Source of the DNA: Chrysomallon squamiferum
Taxonomy: Eukaryota; Animalia; Mollusca
Assembly (NCBI GenBank): GCA_012295275.1
Contig: CM022676.1
Location: forward strand, 14,508,001-14,572,000
Length of the DNA stretch: 64,000 nucleotides
Reading direction: 5' to 3'
Shown here: piece by piece, positions 26,029-47,600 of the stretch
Position numbering within the stretch: position 1 is the stretch's first letter
How the letters are laid out: the number at the start of each line of letters is the position of its first letter
Translations under genes and position numbers: made by a program
The notes under the pieces: model-generated
What the model was told of the DNA's origin: nothing
The model's input: the letters and a program-made list of their open reading frames with translations, nothing else
The model's database searches: none

Positions 26029-26109
26029 CTCAAAACTTTCTGATCGATAATTTCGGATACGCGACTACTTTCTCTTTAACCTCAACTATGGAGCGCAGGT
26101 ATAACCGAT
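26029..26109 (-). other. Probable 5'-UTR exon of the minus-strand BTB gene
   Basis: tttttag acceptor and gag|gtaggt donor; next acceptor at 25435/25434, 7 nt before the ATG. Homologous sequence at ~51985-52065. Confidence 0.55.
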
Positions 26110-26696
26110 CTAAAAATAAAATAGGTAACATATACCAAAAGCCGCCAATAAATAATAACTTATTAAATAAGGGCTGTAATGGGGTAGTAGTAGTGGTAGC
26201 AGTAGTAGTAGTAGTAGTAGTAGTAGTAATAATAATAATAATAAAAATAATAAAAATATACTGAAGATAAGTTTAAAATGTTTATGCTCTTGTGATATTT
26301 AGAACGATGTGACAAATTCACTGTTAATACATTGTGCCTTTGTCTATATTGTGAGAAGATAAATAATTTCAATAAGGACAATATATACAAACACAACAAC
26401 AACAACCGAATTAGTTCCAATAAACCAAATAAAAAGGAAACAGAAAAATAATACACAAAACATTAGATAATAATATTATTAAATTCTTCATACGTAAGAT
26501 TCATTCACCAGAATTATAAATACAATTTCGCTATCTGACAACACATTTTCAAGTCAGGCTTTACGTAACGTTTTCCATGTTAACATAAAAGAACACCTGA
26601 CACTATAATTATGTATTTGTTAGAGAACTAAAAATAATCAAACTAAGATCACTCGAATCGTTAAACGATAGTACAATATAATACAGCATTCGCTTT

Positions 26697-26779
26697 CAAT
26701 ATGGCCGACTTGTTTCACTTCTGCTTTGTTTACTTTTGGTTATCAGACTGCTGCACTGATAAACAAGTTACTGACGTCA
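26697..26779 (-). promoter_or_regulatory. Candidate promoter of the BTB gene: CRE (TGACGTCA 26772-26779) and YY1-like GCCATATTG (26697-26705)
   Basis: Both motifs are retained in the paralogous block (51507-51514, 51630-51638) despite divergence of the flanks. Confidence 0.45.
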
Positions 26780-29450
26780 AATATGTTTATGTCATCAAGG
26801 GTCAATTCTTAGGTTTGAATGTCAGATTAAAATAAACAAATCATGCTACGAGACATTTACACTCATCTTAAACACATTTTATCTCAAAGCAGAACTATTA
26901 ATTTTAGGTAGTCCTATTACATAACATTGTTTACATTTATGTTATAAAATGTATATAAAAACAAAAACAACAAAAGCGACAACAACAACAACAACAAGAA
27001 TTTAAAAGGAAAACAGGAAACACAATTGTAACTATTAGTTTAGAACTATATCGGTGCCAACTATGATCGGTAATTTCTTAGAAGCGAGTACTTTCTGTTT
27101 AATTATTCTACTACTGATCAATGAGATCTCGTGTCAGTGAATAAATAAATAAATAAATAAATAGAATAGATTAACTAATTAATTAATGAAATGAGCATAT
27201 AAATAAATAAATAAATAAAATTAAATATTCAGAAGGATAACAATATGGCATAAACTACAAATAATTCATAGGACTATATTAGAATGATGACGATTATGAT
27301 AATACTGACGATGACAACAACAACAGGAAACAACAATAATAATGGAATTCGTTTAACACAACTAATAATAATACTCTCGCAACAACGGCTGCTACTCCTA
27401 TGCTGCTACTACAACTACTGCAGCTGCCACTTCGACTATTAAACCTACTGCTACCATTACAAGTGGCACTAATATTATTGTTACTACTGCTACAAATGTA
27501 TTTATTTACATATTACGAATAGTATTTTTTTTTCTGGGGGAATAATACACATATAAATAGAGATGTAACACACACACATACACAAACACACACACACACA
27601 CACACATATATATACAGTAATAATAATAATAATCATAAGCAGAAGAAGAAGAAGAAGAACAACAACAACAACAGTAGCAGCAGCATACTAATTTTATCGT
27701 GTGCATGTCTTATTTCTCTGACGATACTCACGTGACCAGTCTATCAAGATACAGCTAACACGTGACTGTTTGTTTCTTATGTAGGTCAGAAAAAAACAGT
27801 GTATCACACGAGAACAAAGCTATAGCTGGGTGTTACTTACAACGATCTGACAAATTCATTGTTAATACAGTGTCTGCGCATAAGTGTAGAAATAAATAGA
27901 AAACGTGTGAAATTATTTAAATTGTGAGAAGATATGTAATCTCAATAATGACGATAAAGACAAACACAATAACCAGCAAATTACTACCAACAGAAAAAAA
28001 CAAAGAAATAAACTCGAAATTAGAAATTAATACAATTCTGCGAGCTAATATTATTATTACGTTTTCATTGGCTCGTTCAATAAACTTCGTTAAAACTTCG
28101 TTGTCATACAACATACTTTTCAAGTCCGGGTCTACATTATAGTTTTCGTGTCTAATAAAAAATCTCGAACTGTAATGATCAGTTTGCTTGTCACATCTAC
28201 AACTATAACAGCGATAATGATTTTTATGTTTGCCATTGTAGGTCAAAGCAAATGCAATAACATTTTATGCAGAGGTTGGAACGGATAACTAACCAATACG
28301 AAAGTTAGATTAAACGATAGGGAAGAATGAAGAAATGACAAAAAGAGAAAAAACAAAATAAAGAAGGAAGGCAGGGTGAAATAAATATTTTAATTAACGA
28401 CACTGTAAACACATTTTGTTTACTGATCTGTGTGTAAAACTTGCTGTTAAGGACTGCTGAAATAAAATGAGAGTAAATCTGCAGTCCCCACATCAAGTCT
28501 ACTTCTTTCCGATTAGCAGGAAATGGTATTTTACGTAGACAACTGGATGAACAGTGTAATATGTATCAACCATTGGCTCTCTTTAAGCAATATACTATTT
28601 ATTCTCTGTTTAATTGCTTTAGATTTTATTATTATTAACAAATTTCCTATTTTAAACAATTACGCCTTGAAACCGTGTACTGTTGTAAAGACATATGAAG
28701 AACAATCACGATATAAACCAGTGAATAATAATAATAATAATAATAATAAATAATAATAATAATAATAATAATAAATAATAAATAAATAAATAATAAATAA
28801 ATAAATAAATAAATAAATAATAGAAAACTATAAAAACCAGCGAAGTTATAACTTCTATTATTCATACTAGCCTTTAGGACATTTTCATTCATAATTACGT
28901 TTTTCACATAGTCTGGTTCAGTATTAAGATACTTATTGACAATACAGATAAACAGAGCGCTACACGGTGAACATAAATGGTGTAGAAAATATGTCATTGC
29001 AGAAACAAAGAGGGTTCTAAGAGATTGGCAGAAGAGGCTGTTTAGTTAGTTGTAATGTTGTTTAAAAACAGGTTTTTCACGTTCACAGATTGATGACTTG
29101 TACAGGATAGTGTTTATTCAGGATAGTCTTTAAACAGGATATTATTTATACATGATATTATTTTTACATGAAACTGTTTACAGGAATTAGTAATCTTAAC
29201 GTTAAATTTAATCTTAAACCAACACAAATACCAAACCTGAATTAACTCTAAATACAATGTTTGTGATATTACTTACCTGAATCCTATCTCTACATCTGTC
29301 CATCTGAACCACTGATAAACATCATCATAATTTGATCTCAAAGAGTATTATTATCCTAATACCGTCTGAACTATTACCCTAACTTTAATGCCATCACAAC
29401 ACAGATCTTAACCTATAATAAGCTAACAAACAAACAAACAAACAAACAAA

Positions 29451-29481
<31 letters not shown>

Positions 29482-30647
29482 AATAAAATAAAATAAAATA
29501 ACAGAGAGGTAAAAATATAGAATAAGCCGCTAAAAGTACATACGACTGTATTAGAATGATGATTATAATAATGGTGATGATAATGTAATCTCTTTAAGAA
29601 AACAACAACCACTACTATTTTTATTACTAAAACATCTACTACTACTTCTACTACAATTACTACTGGGACTTCTACTATTACATCTATGGCTATTATTATA
29701 ACTACTACTATTACTAATTTATTTATTCATGCTTTAAGATTAATGCTTATGGAGTTGAGCTTTTTTGGAGTGGATTGATTTTATTTCTTGAAGAAACCTT
29801 TACCTCCCGGTTAAGAATATATAATTTCTGGACAACCGATTTGCAAATCGTGATATAAGTAATGTTATTCAAACACAAACACACAATCGCACTCACTGCT
29901 TACAAAATGGCTGCTTACCTTTAAAAACTTCCTGGTCGAGAATTTCGTAGAAGGGAATAATTGCTGTTTGAAGGTTTTTCTAAAGATCACTGATGTGAGG
30001 AATCTAAAAATAAATAAATAAATAAATAAAAATAAATAAATAAATGAATAAATAAATGAATACATAAAACATGTTCAGTATTGCTGATACATTTTAAATA
30101 AATAATAGCACAGTATATATTAAATCACAATGAAATGCAAACTACCTTCAAATCTCAAAATGGCTGTCTGCTTACACAAAATACGTCCTTGTTTGTGAGT
30201 GGTTTTACAGGATCTGACAACACGTCACTGACTTAATTTCTGTGTGTCGCTGTTAATAAACGTGTCTGCTGATAACCACGTGACTGAAATCTGATGTCCT
30301 ACAACTCGAAATGCGTGTGACGGTAGATGTATGCACATCTTTTTATAAGTATACTTTGTAATATGCATATTTTAAACCTGTTACAGAAACAAAGCGTTAT
30401 ATAATTTGTCATAACTTATTTCTTCTGTGAAATATTTATATACATTTCTCACAGAGTATACTGATAAAAAACGTGTCGCTAACAAGTGTCTGTATTTAGG
30501 TAAGACAAAATTAGTGTGTTAATAGTACTGGCGACAAGACACGTTATACCTCGGATCGTGAAATTTGCAATGTAATTATGAATCACAAAATGTGGGACAG
30601 TCTTTTATTTGTACCAAGCTATCCAATTACCGATGTGACAAATACAC

Positions 30648-30724
<77 letters not shown>

Positions 30725-30939
30725 ACACACACACACACACAACGAAAACGTGCAAATCCTAATACTTATACTGATCATTGTAGTGTTTTTGTTTTAAATG
30801 ATTAATTATTTATTTGCTTCACTTAATTATTTTTATTTATATATTTCAATGTTTCGTTCTTTCTTTCTTTCTTTTTTTATTATATACACCGGAAAACATA
30901 CAGTGTAATAAATAATACAACTGATACATGATAATGCAA

Positions 30940-33200
30940 AATAAACACTGTTTCCAGTACTTCTATTATTATTACCCATAATATTTCCACTACTACTATT
31001 ATGATTAGCCAAAAAAGTTCGTCTACTACTATTATTACCAGCCCTACAATTTCCGGGAATGCTATTATTACTAGCGAAACTATTTCGACTACTGCTATTA
31101 TTACTAGCCATACTATTTCCAGTACCACTACTACTATTATTATTAGTAGACCTACTATTTCCGGTACCACTACTATTATTATTACTAGTCCTACAATTTC
31201 CCGGACTAGTATTATTACTAGCCAAACTATTTCCACTACTACTATTATTACAAGCCATACTATTTCCGGGACTACAATTATTACTAGCCAAACTATTTCC
31301 ACTACTACTATTATTACTAGCTAAACTATTTCCACTACTACTATTATTACTAGCCATACTATTTCCAGTACTACTATTATCATTAGCCATACTATTTCCA
31401 GTACTAAAACTATTATTACTAGCCATACTATTTCCACTACTAGTATTACAAGCTATACTATTTACTACTACTATTATTACTAGCCATACTAACTACTACT
31501 ACTATTATCATTAGCCATACTGTTTCCAGTATTAAAACTATTATTACTAGCCCTATTAATATTTCCATTTTGTACTACTACTACTATTTATTTATTATTT
31601 AGCCCACTATTACTACTACTATTATTATTTACTATTTACTACTATTATTATTATTAGCCATACTATTTCCATTACTTATTAGCATACTTCTTGCATTATT
31701 ACTACTATTATTTTTACTAGCGCTACTATTTACACTCCTACTATTATTACTAGCCATACTAGTTCTATCATTATTATTAGCCATACTATTTCCAGAACCA
31801 CTACTACTATTCTTATTACTAGCCCTAATATTTCCACTACTACTATTATTACTAGCCATACTATTTCCAGTACTATTATTATTACTACAGATACTATTTA
31901 CAGTAGTATATTAACATACTATTATTACAACTTTTATTATTGTTAGCCTCTATTATTTTACTACTACTATTTATTACTAGCCATATTATTATTTCAAACT
32001 ATTACTGTCTATACTATTATTACTAGCCCTGCAATTTCCGGGACTACTATTATTATTGCTAGCGAAACTATTTCGACTACTACTATTATTACTAGCCATA
32101 CTATTTCCAGTACTACTACTACCATTATTACTACCCGTACTATTTCCAGTAGTACTATTAATACTAGTCATACTATTTCCACTACTACTATTATTGTTAT
32201 TAGCCCTACTATTTCTACTACTATTATTATTACTAGGCCTACAATTTCCGGTACTAGTATTATTACTAGCCAAACTATTTCCACTACTACTAGTGTTACT
32301 AGCATTACTATTTCCAGTGCTACTATTATTATTAGCTATACTATTTCCTGTACCACTACTACTACTATAATTACTAGGCCTACTGTTTCCAGTACTACAT
32401 CTATTATTACTAGCCATAGTATTTCCAGTACTACTATTATTACTAGCCATACTATTTGCACAACTACTACTATTATTACTAGTTGTACTATTTCCCCTCC
32501 TACTATTATTACTAGCCATACTAGTTCTAGTACTACTATTATTATTAGCCATACTATTTCGACTAGTATTAGTATCACTAGCCATACTATTTCCAGTATT
32601 ACTATCATTATTATTACTAGCCCTAATATTTCCACTACTACTATTTTTACTAGCCATACTATTTCCAGTACTACTACTACCATTATTACTACCCGTATTA
32701 TTTCCAGTAGTACTATTATTACTAGTCATACTATTTCCACTACTACTATTATTGTTACTAACCCTACTATTTCCAGTACCGGTACTACTACTCGTATGAC
32801 TAGCTCTACTATTTCCAGTACTGCTACTATTATTATTATTAGCCATACTATTTCCACTACTACTATTATTACTAGTCCTACTATTTCCACTACTACTATT
32901 ATTACTAGCCCTACATTTTCCGAGACTACTATTATTACTAGCCAAACTATTTCCACTACTACCATTATTACTAGCCATACTATTTCCACTACTACTATTA
33001 TTATTAGCCACACTATTTCCAGTACTACTACCATTATTACTAGCCATACTATTTCCACTGTTACCATTATTACTAGCCATACTATTTCCACTATTACCAT
33101 TATTACTAGCCATACTATTTCCACTACTACTATTATTACTAGCCATACTGGTTCCACTATTACTATTATTTCTAGCCATACTATTTCCAGTACTACTATT
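30940..33200. repeat. ~2.3-kb triplet-periodic satellite, ~33-36-bp unit actattattactagccatactatttcc(agt)act
   Basis: Dozens of degenerate units; reads GNSMASNNSSS in one minus-strand frame (437-codon open frame 31989-33302). Confidence 0.92.
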
Positions 33201-33257
33201 ATATATATCTTGTCTAAACACGAATTCAGAACTGGCAAGTATCGTCTCTTTTAAACT

Positions 33258-40022
<6,765 letters not shown>

Positions 40023-41119
40023 CTGTCTTTGTCAACAACAGCGCACAATTGTTCAAGTACGTCACTTCATAAACAATGACGTCAACCGCAAGCTCAAGAT
40101 GAAATGGTTGCACTTTTTGAAGCCTTATCAAACAATGATCCACGTTCCTTGTAATCACTATAAGTAGCTAAATGATCAACATTATCATTAATGTCTTAGT
40201 ACCTAAGTGAATTAACTTATTTAGGTTTAGTGTTGAAAGCAGAAGTTTGCATGAATATGTATGGCGCACATTTTGCTTTGTTTTATTGAATTCGACGTAA
40301 TGGCAGTTCGACCTAGAAAAATGGCAGCTATCGAACTTTATAAAGGCTTTAACAAAATAATGTCTACAAGCAGTGAACGTGTAATTATGTCATTTATCAC
40401 CCGAATCTCAATTAATTTAATTTGTACAAAAGTTCAGAAGAACTATGTTTATTATCAAACTCTAATCACAGCAGTAAAACAAAAAATTTGACCTAATATT
40501 TAACACAACACCTACACTAATATCTATACTGACATCTTATACTAAAAACAACACATACGCTAACACCTAATACTAAATCTAACACCTATACAAATACCTA
40601 ATACTAAACACTAACATCTATACAAACACAACACCTAATACTAAACCTAATATCTATACAAACACAACACCTAATACTAAACGTGACACCTGCAGTAACA
40701 CCTAATACTAAACCTAACATCTATACAAACACAAACCTAATACTAAACGTGACACCTGCACTAACACCTAATACTAAACCTAACACACCAACACTTACAC
40801 CTAATACTAAACCTAATACCTATACAAACACAACACCTACACTAACACCTAATACTAAACCCAACACCTACAAAACACCTAATAATAAAACTAACGCATA
40901 CACTAACAGCTAATACTAAACATGACTACGACACTAACCCTTAATTCTAAACCTAATATCTACACTAATCTAAACCTAACATCTACATTAACACATAATA
41001 GTAAACATAACCCCTATACTAACTCAAATATTCACTTTCAAAATTCTACTCATTTTAATGAAATGAAACAAGTGTTGTATAAAATATCAAAAACATTTAT
41101 ATGAACAGAAAGAAGAAAA

Positions 41120-41152
<33 letters not shown>

Positions 41153-43849
41153 AAAAACAATGCATATATAGGTAGAGAAAGAAGAAAAAAAAACATACAC
41201 ATTTTCAAATGTTTCTTTAAGTCTTACTGCTATAAGAATTATCTTGGCACATAAAAGTGTTTTTGCATTGATCTGAAATAATCAAATTTTAAAACACAAC
41301 TTAAGTAGTTTAGCTTTTAATTGTTTGCTTAATTAGAACGGAACTAGATGGGAACGGAACTAGATGGTTAGAAGAGAAAGTTGACCTAAGTTGAAACTGG
41401 GTAACAGTTTATAAAATTATTAAAAATAATAACAACACTACTACTACTACTAAGAATAATAATTATGAGCAATAAATAAAATGAGAAAGAAATGGAGTAA
41501 GTAATAATAAGATAAATTATAAATAAATCAATAAATAACGAAATAAATAAATAATGAAGTTTAAAAATATTAACTGTAACTAAATATATAAATGATCAAC
41601 TGATTATGAAATATAAATAAATAAAATAAAATGTTGCTGTTAAACAATCAGTTGAGTTGTAAGAAAACATGGACAAGCACAATGATGTTGTTTCTCTGTA
41701 CAATCCATATACTGCTGAGATTCATACACGTAATAGGTGAAGCCATTCTCTGTGTCTCTGTATATATGTAATATGTATGCATATATTTATGGTTGGTAAC
41801 CTTTTGTTTTTTTGCTGGCATTCTCGAAACATGGCAGAAACTTTTTTTTTCTGTTGTTGTTGTTAAAATATGGATATTGTTTAAAAAAGAAGCTCTAACC
41901 GTTAACCAAAATTAACTACTTTATACTTTATTTCTGTTAAATACAATGCTCAGTGCTGTAATGATATATATATATATATATATAAATTATAAATTATATA
42001 TTATTCGCAGTATTTGTATTATTATTTTATTACATATATCCAGAAGTTACTTATTTTAAATTAAAACATCTTATGGCCAGTGTTCTTTCTGAGTCATCAA
42101 GTGTGGTTTATGAATGTGTGAAAACTGGTTAAATCATGTTCTTCCTGTATTTTATGACTTATAGAAAGGATTTATATAAACGAATATCACTGAAATTTTT
42201 CACATTTGTTCCATGACTATGAGGCAGTAACAAAAGAAATGCTGCTATTAGACAACATGCAAACTATTTATAGTTATGTACAGCTGTATTTTCAATAGAT
42301 TATTCACTCTTCCAAGAATTCATAATAGCATCTGAAGAAATAAGAAATCAAATCTATTGTCCTAAAAGTTATTTTTGTACACAGATTTCTGATTATTTTA
42401 AACTGTTTATTTCCTGTTATTCTAAAATAATTACATTCTTTGTAAAAAAATGGGTAGATCATATCAGCATTCATGACCGTACAATATATTCAGTAATGTG
42501 ATTGCAACTGTAACATTTTCAATTGATTCTAAATACAGTTTTCAGTTTAGCTAGCCAAAATCTTTACTGCATTTATCTTTTTTTTATTTTAATAATCTTT
42601 CAGTAGTTTTCTTAAGTCATAGATAACATCTAATTGATAATTTATACATAAACTGATGTTTCCAGATGAACCTTCCTTTGTGAATCTAAAATATTAGATT
42701 CACATTATCTTTGTAAACAGTATAATGTCCAGTGAATTTAGTTTTTATACGGATGGTTCATTGAACTTTTTATATATTGCCTTGAAAGAATGTTGGTGTG
42801 AAATGCTTTAAGTTAAAATGGTAGAAAAACACTATTCACTCTTTATGACAGAACAATAAAAAAACGTAAGTTGGTCTTCTTTGTACTGAACCAGTGATAT
42901 TGATTTAAGCATTTTCACAGACACTTCTAGAGGATTCAGAAATAAAATGATTAAAAAAATGTCTTCATATAAAAATATAAATATCACCATGTGCATAATT
43001 TTAAACTGACAAAATAATTCAAATTGCATGTTCAATGTTTAAAGATGGATGCAAAAAGGTATCATAATTACAAAAGTTCATGTACCTTAAGTTCAGATGA
43101 ATATTGTAAAATACATATGAAATTTACTCTTCTCTTAAAAAAAAAAAAAAAAAAAAAAATAAAAAAAAAAAATAAATAAATCTGCAGGAAAACTCAGCTA
43201 ACAATCACAGTGAGACTATCATCAGCTGCAGCATCAGGCTTCTGTCATGTTTCGTTGTAGTTTCAAGGGCAGCTCACTCTGTTCTCTTAGGATACTTAAC
43301 TGAAATTTATCTCTTCTGACATTTGCTCATTCCTTCAAGGGCAAGCTGATGTGTGACTACTTTAAGTTAATATTATGTATGAAGACATTTTTGTGTCGCC
43401 AAGCATCAGAAAAATTACATTTTGTTACTGAACTTTTAAAGTAATCTAGCAATTAATTGCAGTTTACAACTACCATTTACCTATTTAATTGTGTTAGACT
43501 TTTTTCTACTTGTTTTCTTTTGTTTTCTTTATTTCTCTTTTAATCTATAATATTAGGAAGTCTTTATGAAATGCATTGTAAAAAAACGAAGGAATATTAA
43601 TTAATATTAACAATATTAACAATATTTTGTTTTTCTGTCACACAATTTCTGGTTTGTTTCCTGGCACTAGACAGATGCAGTAAAATGAAAACAGAAGATT
43701 CCATAATTAACTATTACTTATTATAAACGTACTTGCAGTAAACAGTAGATCCTTTGCTCCCCCTTTGAAAAATAAACATAAAGCTAAATATGTAACAATA
43801 GTTAAGAGGAGAACTGTACAAACATCTAGAAGAATATGACAAATAATGG

Positions 43850-44624
43850 TACCTGAAGTGTCTTGTACTAAGCGTATGTGAGGGATTGAACTAAAACATC
43901 CACTGTGGTCTTTGGTTTCACTAAAAATACATAAACACCACTGAGGTTCAGGTTTATTTCTCGTTGTTTAGAATTAAAGGACCTGGGAGCTGGAAGACAC
44001 CTGGGACGTTTATAAACACAGTCACTGAGCCTGTCTTAACAAAAGCAAGACAGTAATGATTATTGTTCAGGTGTGTGGGATGTTGTCAGTGTGACTGGGG
44101 TGAAAGGTAGGTCAGCAGAGAAGACAGAATATCTGGCAAGAGAGAAAAATGTTTGAGTCAATTCTATACATTTTATTATAAATTGTCTATATTATTATAC
44201 CATCAGTATAAATTAAAGACTGTAATGAAGAAAGAACTTGTGTGGATTTTATGAGACAATCCTAACTTATTACAAATAAAACTAAAACTTATCATCCACC
44301 AATGAATAAGAGGAGAAATATTTCGAAAAAAAACCCCTACAGTTAACAAATCATCACATAAAAATTTAAAAATAAAATAAAATTAGTGAAAACAAATAAT
44401 AATAAAATAAATAAAAAATGACAGAAATCAAAAGAGAAACAGTTTTTATTTCAGTATTAAAAGTAGGAATCAGTAAAATGCCAAAATAAAAATATTGACG
44501 TATACTAAACCATAGTTCTGGCAAAATGTAACGTTTCTCACAATATAGTAATCCGCTTGTGATTTATAGAGAGCTTACAGGCACCTTTCCTTGTAGAGGT
44601 TCATGTCTTTCTCCTGATTTTTTT

Positions 44625-44678
<54 letters not shown>

Positions 44679-47600
44679 GTCTTTTCAAATGAGATGATTG
44701 AAAATAAGTAAAATTCACTTCATGCAGAACTTTGAGGAAAAAATTGACAAAAATATAATGTTTCTCACATAGATGTTTTTTATGACACACATGAAATCAA
44801 GAAAGAAGAAGTTACAGATTGAGTGATACAGAATCACTGCACTGAAAACAGCTAAAGATGTGTGCACATTTTAGCATAATCACATCAGTGTATTACTTAC
44901 TAAATACTAGTCTAAGTGTTTCAAATTCTTAAATCACAGGAAAACGTTGCCACAGCTCAGAAATAGAAAATTACACATTTTTAAAACTCAAGAGTTTTAA
45001 ATAAGCACACTGAGAAGTGTTATATTATTCAGTTGATCTTTTAGAGGATGGAGATTTTGAAGACTACATAAAATTAGGGTGAGACAGAATGAATGCATAC
45101 AAGTGAGCAGTCTGAGAAGAAGACTTCTGTTCTGTTGCTTTTCATCTGCTGGTTGAGGTGTGGTAGCCTGGCTGACCACTGTGAGCCTTGTCGCCCACTG
45201 GTAGATTTGTAGGAGTCTGGTTGTTTACTGATGGGGATGGGTGAGTCTGGTCATTCACTGGTAGATTTGTAGGAGTCTGGTTGTTTACTGATGGGGATGG
45301 GTGAGTCTGGTCATTCACTGCTGGGGGTGAGGAGTCTTATCGTCCAGTGCTGGGGGTGAGGAGGGTGTTGTTCCTGGTCATGCATTGGCTGGGGTGGTGG
45401 AGTCTGTTTGTGAACCGGTGGGTGTGTCTGATCATCTGCTGTTGGAGAAGGGAGAGTCTGGTGAGGGTTGTCTTCTTTCACTCTTTGGTGTGATTATCTT
45501 CATCCTGCAGACACTGAAAGGTCTGTGTGGTCTGTGTGTAGACATGAGCTGTTTCCTCTGCATCCTCCACACACAAAACATGAGGCTGAGTGTCTGTAAT
45601 TCTGGACACCTGCTAGTGACAGTTTTATATTTTTCTGACTTCCACTTGTCTCTGAACAGATGTACTCAGAATAGAGTCAGATCTTCTGCTGGTGCCTCCA
45701 CCAGACTTTCATAAGTGAACTACTGTCTCAATGTCATCAGTCAAGTCTTGCCTTGGTCTAACTGGGTTTATTCCCACTGAAACCAAACAACTAAGTTGAA
45801 CCGGTAAGTTGCAAATACAGAATTCAGGGAATTTGCTGATTAAAATCACTGTTAGGCACACCAATGTTAACACGAGGCAAATATAAAGCATACTTGTCTG
45901 CAGAAACAGACTTTTCATTACCCCTGATACCAAACATGCCTGAGTATCCCAAATAAAACAACTACTAATAATAAAAAATAAATAAATAAATGAAATAAAA
46001 CACATGAAAATTGTTTTTATATCATCAAAGGACAATTTAACTATAAATGAATTCTTTATCTGAACATTATCAATGTTTAATGTAACCATGAACTATATCA
46101 TTTTGTAAAACAAAAATTACTTATTTGTTTATTTATTGTGATCATAATTACATAAAAAGCAATACTACAGCAGAAGTAGAGTCCCATCACAGAACTTAAC
46201 CACCTGATACATGAAACATTTACCACCATGTTTTGGTTATTATCTCTGTTTTAAATGTAAGAAACATAAATAAACACAAAGGAAGAGAAACAACTGAGAA
46301 TGTATAACAATAAATAAATCAGTTTAACTGTAAGAAACACAAAGAAACATAAAGGAAGTAAAACAACTGAGAATTTATAACAAAAAATGTAACTGGTTCA
46401 TTACAGGTTTCTGTTGACTACAAATGTTTATCTCAATAAAAGAACTCACAGTAGAAATGTGTGTCAGACATGTACATTTCAAATTATATATGACCTATAA
46501 ATGTAATAAACAGCTTGAAGTAGCTTTTAACTGAATGTAATTATGTGTATGTGTGTGAGTGTGTAAAAAGAAACATCACTGCATCTTACTCGAGATTGTC
46601 TTCTTCACTCACTCCCATCAGAAATGATCACTGTAATCATCAGAGCTATCATGTTGTGGTGTAACAAGACATTGTCCTTGTATGCTTGCTGCTCCTTACA
46701 AATCTGATCCTCATCTGACATAGTCTGAAATGTTTTGTTACAGTATTGTTCTAAACCCAGGATCTAAGAAAAAGTATCTTCCATCACAGCAACATACATG
46801 AACACTGATCTTATATAAAAGCCAAAAAGAAAGAGAGAAAAAAAAGAGAAATGTATGATATAAATACCTCAAGTCTGTCATCCCATCCGAATGTCACAAC
46901 ACAGTTCAACTCTGGATAAGGAATTTCAATAAATGATTTTTTCACTTTTTATACACTGCAAAAGTATAATGAAGAAATATGAGAATTATTTATTATAATA
47001 TTTATATAGAACAACAACTACAAAAAACAACAAAAAAACAACAACAACATAGAAACAAATGTGAATATCAAGAATGTGCATATGATCTGCTGATGAAACC
47101 AGGTTACAAATAGAAAAAATAATACTTTATTGTAAATTGGAAGTTTTATTATAACAATTAGTGAGAACATATTCACACAAACTAAGTTTAACTCAATTAC
47201 TGACACATGTAAGAACATAAAGAAAAATAACTTTACCTACACAAATTAATGTGTCAATCAGTTTCAAGATTCTAACCTAAAATATATTAGAAAAACAACA
47301 CGAAACACTCACACACAACCACCCACCCCTTGAAAAAACTTGCCTTATCAGACACATCATCTACAACAGCTTCCATCTGCAGTAGTAACCAATCACTTTC
47401 AACAAACCTAAACACAGAACAGATTAAGATACTGCAATATCAGGGTCAAACTAATGTTATGTAAGAATGAGTTCTGTTGAAATCTCTTCAGGTAGTAAAA
47501 TAAGCTACTCTGTACTATGGATGAGACCAATGACAACTTACAATAAAACCCCCTTCTGCCCTGAAATTTAGTTTTGTGACACAAATGTCTCTGCAGTTCC

